Source of the DNA: Propionivibrio sp.
Lineage (GTDB): Bacteria > Pseudomonadota > Gammaproteobacteria > Burkholderiales > Rhodocyclaceae
NCBI GenBank assembly: GCA_041441355.1
Contig: JASDTF010000016.1
Coordinates: 56,899-120,898, forward strand
Direction of reading: 5' to 3'
DNA length: 64,000 nt
Shown: piece after piece, positions 58,013 through 64,000 of the stretch
Layout: every line of letters starts with the position of its first letter
How positions within the stretch are numbered: the first letter of the stretch is position 1
Position numbers and translations under genes: made by a program
Notes under the pieces: model-generated
What the model was told of the DNA's origin: nothing
The model's database searches: none
What the model saw: the letters and a program-made list of their open reading frames with translations, nothing else

Positions 58013-59185
58013 TTATTCCTCCGCCGGCGGCCGGCGGCTCGCCAGCTGCATGCCGATGTACAGCATCAGCATGTCGTCGATCGAGTCGAGGTTCATGCCG
58101 GTGATCTCGCCGATCTTGCGCAGCCGGTAGTCGAGCGAGTTGCGGTGAATGTGCAGCGCCTTGGCGGTCAGGGTCGGGTGGCCGTTGTTGGCGAACCAGA
58201 CGGCGAGCGTCTTGATGAGGACCCCGGACTTGGGATCGCTGCTGGCCAGCCGTTCGAGCGGCTTGAGAAAGCGTTCGTGCTTCCAGCCGAGGTCGAGGTC
58301 GGCGAGCAGGACGGGCAGGGGGTATTCGTAGAACGAGGCGCACGGCTGCTTGGCGCCACGGCTGCAGGCGACCGACAGCGTGGTCTTCGCCGACTGGTAG
58401 GACGCCGAGGCGCCGTCGAGCCCGGGCAGGCCGATGCCGGCGGTCAGCGTGTACTCGAGTTCGATGCTGTGGCTGACCACCCGGTCGAGTTCCTTGAGCC
58501 GCTTCTGCGCCCGCTGCAGGCATTCGGCCTGGGTGCCGCTGGCGTCGAAGGGTTCGAGCAGGGCCAGTTCGCGCGGGGAGATGACGGCGGTGAGGAGGTT
58601 GCTCCAGCGGCCGATCAGCTCGTTCTGGGCGCGTTGCAGGTTGAGCAGCAGGTGATCCGGTTCGGCGCGCGGGGCGTCGATGTGCAGCAGGGTCACCGAG
58701 CGCGCCTGGGTGAGGTCGACGCCCAGCCGGGCGGCCCAGGCCGACATGCTTTCGGCGGAGACACCGGTGCGCTTGAGCAACTGGAAGACGAACTCTTCGC
58801 GGTAGCGGCGTTCGCGCTGCAGTTCGCCGGTCAGCAGCGCCTGTTCGATCATCATTTCGGCGGTGATGCGCACGAGTTCGCCGAACTGGCGTGTTTCCTC
58901 CGGCGCGCCGGTGATGCCGATCACGCCGCAGATTTCGCCTCGGCCGTAGAGCGGCAGGTTGATGCCCGCCTTGGCGCCCGGAAGGCTGGACGCAGCCGCA
59001 GTGTCGATCTCCACCGCCTGCTGCCGGGTGAGCACCATCTGGGCGCCGGAATGCAGGTCGCCGATCCGCTGCGGCGTGCCGCTGGCGATGATGATGCCTT
59101 TGGCATCCATCACGTTGACGTTGAACGGCAGCACTTTCATCGAACGTTCGACGATTTTCTGCGCGAGTTGTGGGGCGATCATCAT
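58013..59185 (-). CDS. cdaR: CdaR/SdaR sugar-diacid regulator
   Basis: LAQKIVERSM, NVNVMDAKGIIIASG, GINLPL, HIHRNSLDYRLRKI. Confidence 0.92.
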   Translation of the reverse strand: MMIAPQLAQKIVERSMKVLPFNVNVMDAKGIIIASGTPQRIGDLHSGAQMVLTRQQAVEIDTAAASSLPGAKAGINLPLYGRGEICGVIGITGAPEETRQFGELVRITAEMMIEQALLTGELQRERRYREEFVFQLLKRTGVSAESMSAWAARLGVDLTQARSVTLLHIDAPRAEPDHLLLNLQRAQNELIGRWSNLLTAVISPRELALLEPFDASGTQAECLQRAQKRLKELDRVVSHSIELEYTLTAGIGLPGLDGASASYQSAKTTLSVACSRGAKQPCASFYEYPLPVLLADLDLGWKHERFLKPLERLASSDPKSGVLIKTLAVWFANNGHPTLTAKALHIHRNSLDYRLRKIGEITGMNLDSIDDMLMLYIGMQLASRRPPAEE

Positions 59186-59230
59186 GGCAGGCTTCTCCGC
59201 AGGGAAACGCGATCTGGAATCGGCAGTGTA

Positions 59231-59285
59231 GTGCACATGCCAGTCTGATTGGTTTTTTTATGCTAAAAATTCTTACATGTGCACA
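59231..59285. promoter_or_regulatory. Candidate CdaR-binding repeats
   Basis: GTGCACA at 59231-59237 and 59279-59285 in the divergent intergenic region. Confidence 0.45.
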
Positions 59286-59369
59286 ATGACCGGATTTTTT
59301 GCTCCTCCTACGATGGCGCCGCTTCACAAATAAGTATTACGAGCACCATTCGTTAACCCAGGAGATCGC

Positions 59370-60704
59370 ATGTCTATTGCAGCAGAAAGCACCCTGACTT
59401 CGGCAAGAGGGGCCGAACAGCAACAGGTCTTGGAGGGCGCATACCGGAAGGTCACCATCCACCTCATTCCTTTTATCTTCGTTTGCTACCTGTTCAACTA
59501 CCTTGACCGGGTGAATGTCGGCTTCGCCAAGCTCCAGATGCTGGATGCGCTCAAATGGAGCGAGACCATCTACGGTCTGGGGGCCGGGATTTTCTTTGTC
59601 GGCTACGTGTTGAGCGGCGTGCCGAGCAACCTGCTGCTGCACAAGCTGGGCGCCCGCAAGGTCATCGGCACGCTGATGGTGGCCTGGGGAACGGCCTCGG
59701 CGCTGCTGATGTTCGTGAAAACGCCGGAGCAGTTCTACATTCTGCGCTTCATCACGGGGGTGTTCGAAGCCGGTTTCTTCCCGGGCATCGTGCTGTACTT
59801 CACGAGCTGGTTCCCGGCGTCGCGTCGCGGCCGCATCATGGGCCTGTTCATGTCGGCGATCCCGATCTCGGGCGTGCTCGGGAGTCCGCTCTCCGGCTGG
59901 ATGATGGAAGCCTTCGCCGGACACGGCGGCATGGCCGGCTGGCAGTGGATGTTCCTGCTCCAGGGCGTGCCGACGGTACTGCTCGGTTTCCTGGTCTATG
60001 TCCTGCTCAATGACGGCATCGCCCAGGCCAAGTGGCTGAGCGGTGAGGAGAAGGCCCTGCTCAGCGCGGAACTGGCCAAGGACGAGCAGCAGCGCAAACA
60101 GACGGCGCAGACCGCGGACACCTTTGCCAGCGTCCTGAAGAACAAGAGCGTGTGGCTGCTCGGACTCATCTACTTCTGCATCCAGATGGGCGTGTATGCC
60201 ATCAACTTCTGGCTGCCCACCATCGTCAAGGGCCTCGGCTTCCAGACGCCGGCCATGGTCGGCTGGGTCAGCGCCATTCCCTACTTCTGCGCCAGCCTCT
60301 TCATGATCTGGATCGGCCGTTCCGGCGATGCGCGCAAGGAGCGTCGCTGGCATCTGAGCGGTCCGCTGCTGATGGGGCTGTGCGGGCTGATGCTGGCCAC
60401 CCAGGCCGGCGGCAACGTGATGATCGCCATGATCGGACTCTCGCTCGCCACCATGGGCGCGCTGGCCGGCCTGCCGATGTTCTGGCCGTTGCCCACCGCC
60501 TTCCTGAGCAGTGCCGCGGCGGCAGGCGGCCTGGCGCTGATCAACTCGCTCGGCCAGATCGCCGGCTTCGTCAGCCCCTTCCTGGTCGGCTGGATCAAGG
60601 ACGCCACGGGCGGTACGACGGTCGCCCTCTATCTGCTCTCCGGTATCCTTTTCGTCGGCGCCATGCTGGTGCTGCGCATGCCGGCCAAGGTGGTCAATCG
60701 CTGA
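59370..60704 (+). CDS. MFS anion:cation symporter (TtuB/GudP-like; glycerate or aldarate uptake)
   Basis: YLDRVNVGFA, GLGAGIFF, EAGFFPG, WQWMFLLQG, INSLGQIAGF. Confidence 0.9.
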   Translation: MSIAAESTLTSARGAEQQQVLEGAYRKVTIHLIPFIFVCYLFNYLDRVNVGFAKLQMLDALKWSETIYGLGAGIFFVGYVLSGVPSNLLLHKLGARKVIGTLMVAWGTASALLMFVKTPEQFYILRFITGVFEAGFFPGIVLYFTSWFPASRRGRIMGLFMSAIPISGVLGSPLSGWMMEAFAGHGGMAGWQWMFLLQGVPTVLLGFLVYVLLNDGIAQAKWLSGEEKALLSAELAKDEQQRKQTAQTADTFASVLKNKSVWLLGLIYFCIQMGVYAINFWLPTIVKGLGFQTPAMVGWVSAIPYFCASLFMIWIGRSGDARKERRWHLSGPLLMGLCGLMLATQAGGNVMIAMIGLSLATMGALAGLPMFWPLPTAFLSSAAAAGGLALINSLGQIAGFVSPFLVGWIKDATGGTTVALYLLSGILFVGAMLVLRMPAKVVNR

Positions 60705-60773
60705 TCGTTCGGTCGCTGGCGTGGCGCTCCGCCGCGTCAGCGACCGGCAACGTATTCCTTAAAGGTTTTAGCA

Positions 60774-62057
60774 ATGAACGAAACAATTTCGCCGCGCGCT
60801 TTGTTGCAAGAGATGTTCGCTACCGCCATCGAGGCTGCGCAACCCAACCGCTGCATTCCCGACCATCTGCCCGCCAAACCTAAGGGCAAGCTGATCGTCA
60901 TCGGCGCGGGCAAAGCCTCCGCCGCCATGGCGCGGGCGGTCGAACAGCATTGGGAAGGCGAGCTTGGCGGCCTGGTGGTGACCCGCTACGGTTACAAGGT
61001 GCCCTGTGAGCGCATCGAGATCGTCGAGGCGGCGCATCCCGTTCCCGACGACGCCGGCCTCCAGGCCGCGCAACGCATCCTGGACCTCGTCGGCGGCCTG
61101 TCCGCGAACGACACCGTCCTGTGCCTGATTTCCGGCGGCGGCTCGGCGCTGCTGCCCCTACCGCTCGCCGGCATCACGCTGGAAGACAAACAGGCGGTCA
61201 GCCGCGCCCTGCTCAAGTCGGGGGCGACGATCAGCGAGATGAACTGCGTTCGTCGCCACCTGTCGGCCATCAAGGGCGGGCGCCTCGCGGCGGCCTGCCA
61301 TCCGGCGAAGGTGGTGACCCTGCTGATTTCCGATGTGCCCGGCGACAACCCGTGCGACATCGCCTCCGGGCCGACGGTCGGCGATCCGACGAGCTGCGCC
61401 GATGCGCTGGCCATCGTCCGTCGCTACGCCATCGACCTGCCGGCCAAGGTGCGCGAAGTGCTCGAGAGCGGCGCCGGTGAGTCGATCAAGCCGGACGATC
61501 CCCGTCTGCAGAACACCGAAACGCACATCATCGCTGCGCCCCAGATGGCGCTCGAAGCAGCGGCCAAAGTGGCGCGCAACGCCGGCCTCGACGCCTATGT
61601 GCTGAGCGACAGCATCGAAGGCGAAGCGCGCGACGTAGGCAAGGTGCTCGCCGCGCTGGCGCGCCAGGTGGCGCAGCATGGCGCGCCGTTCAAAACCCCG
61701 TGCGTGCTGATCTCCGGCGGTGAGACGACGGTTACCGTGCAGGGCACGGGCCGCGGCGGACGCAACGTGGAATTCCTGCTCTCGCTCGGCGTGGCCTTGA
61801 ACGGCGAGCCGGGTGTGTATGCCCTGGCGGGCGACACCGACGGGGTCGACGGCCAGGAAGAAACGGCGGGGGGCTTCCTCGCGCCGGACAGTCTGGCGCG
61901 CGCCTGGGAACTCGGCGTGCGTCCCAAGGATCGCCTGGACGACAACGATGGGCACGGTTTCTTCAGTGCCCTGGGCGATTCGGTCGTGACCGGCCCGACG
62001 CTGACCAACGTCAATGATTTCCGGGCCATTTTGATTACCGGTGCGGCGCAGGCCTGA
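60774..62057 (+). CDS. Glycerate 2-kinase (TtuD/MOFRL family)
   Basis: IGAGKAS, EAAHPVPD, LISGGGSAL, SGGETTV, GGRN, TDGVDG, TGPTLTNVND. Confidence 0.92.
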   Translation: MNETISPRALLQEMFATAIEAAQPNRCIPDHLPAKPKGKLIVIGAGKASAAMARAVEQHWEGELGGLVVTRYGYKVPCERIEIVEAAHPVPDDAGLQAAQRILDLVGGLSANDTVLCLISGGGSALLPLPLAGITLEDKQAVSRALLKSGATISEMNCVRRHLSAIKGGRLAAACHPAKVVTLLISDVPGDNPCDIASGPTVGDPTSCADALAIVRRYAIDLPAKVREVLESGAGESIKPDDPRLQNTETHIIAAPQMALEAAAKVARNAGLDAYVLSDSIEGEARDVGKVLAALARQVAQHGAPFKTPCVLISGGETTVTVQGTGRGGRNVEFLLSLGVALNGEPGVYALAGDTDGVDGQEETAGGFLAPDSLARAWELGVRPKDRLDDNDGHGFFSALGDSVVTGPTLTNVNDFRAILITGAAQA

Positions 62058-62090
62058 GGCCTTCGCGCGGCGCCAAACGCGAAAGAGAAA

Positions 62091-63509
62091 ATGAACAGAA
62101 AACGTAATGCCAAGATCGTGGCCACGCTCGGCCCGGCCAGCAACACCAAGGAAACCATCCAGGCGCTGTTCGAAGCCGGAGCCGACGTCTTCCGCCTCAA
62201 CTTCAGCCACGGCTCGCACGCCGATCACCAGCGCAACTACGAGATCATCCGCGAGATCGAGAGCGAACTCGGGCGCCCGATCGGCATCCTGATGGACCTG
62301 CAAGGCCCGAAGCTCCGCCTCGGCACCTTCGCCGACGGCCCGGTGACGCTGAAGGAAGGCGACAGCTTCCGCCTCGACCTCGACCTGGCGACCCCGGGCG
62401 ACGCCCGCCGCGCGCCGTTGCCGCACCGCGAGATCTTCGCGGCGCTGGAAGTGGGCACCGACCTCCTGATCGACGACGGCAAGGTGCGCCTGTGCGTCGA
62501 GTCCTGCGGCCCGGACTTTGCCGAGACGCGCGTCGTCGCCGGCGGTGCCGTCTCCAATCGCAAGGGCGTGAACGTGCCGAGCGTGGTGCTGCCGCTTTCG
62601 GCGCTGACCGAGAAGGACCACGCCGACCTGCGCTTCGGCCTTGAGCTGGGTGTCGATTGGGTGGCGTTGTCCTTCGTCCAGCGTGCCGAAGACGTGGTCG
62701 AGATCAAGGGCATCGTCAACGGGCGGGCCGGGATCGTCGCCAAGCTGGAGAAGCCGACGGCGATCGACAGCCTGGAGCGTATCGTCGAGGAAACCGATGC
62801 GGTGATGGTGGCGCGCGGCGACCTGGGCGTGGAAATGCCGCCCGAGCAGGTGCCGGCGATCCAGAAGCGCATCGTGCGCGCCTGCCGCAAGGCCGGCAAG
62901 CCGGTGATCGTGGCCACCCAGATGCTCGAGTCGATGATCTCGGCCGCGGTGCCGACGCGCGCCGAGGCCTCCGACGTGGCGACCGCGATCTACGACGGCG
63001 CCGACGCGGTGATGCTCTCGGCCGAATCGGCCTCGGGCCGCTATCCGCTCGAAGCGGTGCAGATGATGAGCAAGATCATCGCCCAGACCGAAACCGACCC
63101 GCATTACCGCGAGGCGCTTGAGACCACGCGCACGCCGTCGCGCCCGGACGCTGCCGACGCCATCGGCGCGGCGATGCGCAGCGCCGTCGAGACGCTGCCG
63201 GTGGCCGCCTCGGTGGCCTACACGACCTCCGGCTACTCGGCCCTGCGCATGGCGCGCGAACGGCCGCAGTCGCCGATCATCGGCATGACCCCGGAAGTGA
63301 CCACGGCGCGCCGTCTGGCGCTGGCCTGGAGCGTCTATCCGGTGCGCTGTCCGGAGGTTGCCGACGTGCGCGACATGAGCGACATGGCCTGCCGCGCGGC
63401 CAAGGACAAGGGCTTCGGTGGTGCCGGCGAGTACATCGCCATCGTCGCCGGGATGCCTTTCGGCACGCCGGGAACGACCAATCTGCTGCGTCTGGCGCAG
63501 CTCAAGTAG
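62091..63509 (+). CDS. pyk: Pyruvate kinase
   Basis: KIVATLGPAS, RLNFSHG, DLQGPK, AKLEK, MVARGDLGVE, ATQMLESM, MLSAES. Confidence 0.96.
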   Translation: MNRKRNAKIVATLGPASNTKETIQALFEAGADVFRLNFSHGSHADHQRNYEIIREIESELGRPIGILMDLQGPKLRLGTFADGPVTLKEGDSFRLDLDLATPGDARRAPLPHREIFAALEVGTDLLIDDGKVRLCVESCGPDFAETRVVAGGAVSNRKGVNVPSVVLPLSALTEKDHADLRFGLELGVDWVALSFVQRAEDVVEIKGIVNGRAGIVAKLEKPTAIDSLERIVEETDAVMVARGDLGVEMPPEQVPAIQKRIVRACRKAGKPVIVATQMLESMISAAVPTRAEASDVATAIYDGADAVMLSAESASGRYPLEAVQMMSKIIAQTETDPHYREALETTRTPSRPDAADAIGAAMRSAVETLPVAASVAYTTSGYSALRMARERPQSPIIGMTPEVTTARRLALAWSVYPVRCPEVADVRDMSDMACRAAKDKGFGGAGEYIAIVAGMPFGTPGTTNLLRLAQLK

Positions 63510-63594
63510 TTCCGGTCGCCCGGGCCTTGTCGGGCTCGGGCGCCGTGTTGCACCGTCCGTTGTCGTTTCCTCCAGCGCTGACGGGCGTTTTTTT

Positions 63595-63631
63595 AGGGCA
63601 GGCGCCGACCGGCGTCCTGCCCTTGTTTTTT
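63595..63631 (+). terminator. Intrinsic terminator after pyk
   Basis: agggcaggcgcc-gacc-ggcgtcctgccct followed by a T-run. Confidence 0.75.
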
Positions 63632-63797
63632 GGCGGGTACGGACCGCCGGCGGTCGCCTAGGGCAGAAGACGCAGGATTCCGGCGCAAAGCGAACTACAA
63701 TCGTTTGTAGTTGAGGTCGAAAGGCACGGGGTCGAACGAAGCGGCTTGCTGCGTGGTCCGCCGTTTCCTCTGCTTCCTCCGCGTGCAAGGACAGCCA

Positions 63798-64000
63798 ATG
63801 AGGACTTCGGAGCGTGGTCGTTTTCTGACGGAATGGGGGCTGCTCGTCGCCGGGTTGCTGCTCGGCAGCCTGCTCATCGGCGGCGCCCAATACCGGGAAT
63901 ACGCCGACATCGACCGGCGCGAGCGCGAGCACCTGTCCACCCAGGCAGGGATCATCAACAAGAACGTCAGCCGTTCGTTGCTGGTCGTGGAGCGAGCCCT
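63798..64000 (+). CDS. N-terminus of a membrane sensor/signalling protein (3' truncated)
   Basis: MRTSERGRFLTEWGLLVAGLLLGSLLIGGAQY...: TM helix followed by a Cache-like helix; open to the window end. Confidence 0.6.
   Translation, partial: MRTSERGRFLTEWGLLVAGLLLGSLLIGGAQYREYADIDRREREHLSTQAGIINKNVSRSLLVVERA

Overview
A GC-rich (roughly two-thirds G+C by eye) betaproteobacterial chromosome segment; gene content is Rhodocyclales-like (inference). Housekeeping and metabolic blocks: ilvA end; sbp-cysK-patB; ygfA/slt-NDUFA9-GST-cca-GST; several diguanylate cyclases; two clusters of cobamide salvage/nucleotide-loop genes; a KdgR-type hexuronate operon; fhs, ada-MFS; a CdaR-glycerate kinase-pyk operon. 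Three things stand out. (1) A ~7.5 kb sulfur module at 31.8-39.3 kb: octaheme tetrathionate-reductase-type cytochrome, cytochrome b, a Met-free monoheme cytochrome c with a C-terminal Cys, a secreted triple rhodanese, a FisR-like polysulfide-sensing sigma54 activator whose visible target is a 58-aa Cys-rich ORF, a YeeE/YedE pair and a persulfide dioxygenase, with no SQR in the window. (2) A ~6.1 kb lower-GC integrative element in tRNA-Arg(CCG), with a 22-bp att duplication, arm-like repeats, a DUF6538-type integrase, a ParB-like operon, a Tn21-like resolvase plus full res site, and a divergent cargo pair (possible YafO-like RNase plus 3-TM protein) that is a candidate undescribed defence/toxin module. 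(3) A chromosomal OXA-2-like class D beta-lactamase with an OXA-48-length beta5-beta6 loop. No CRISPR array or rRNA was seen. All family assignments come from motif recognition without database searches.
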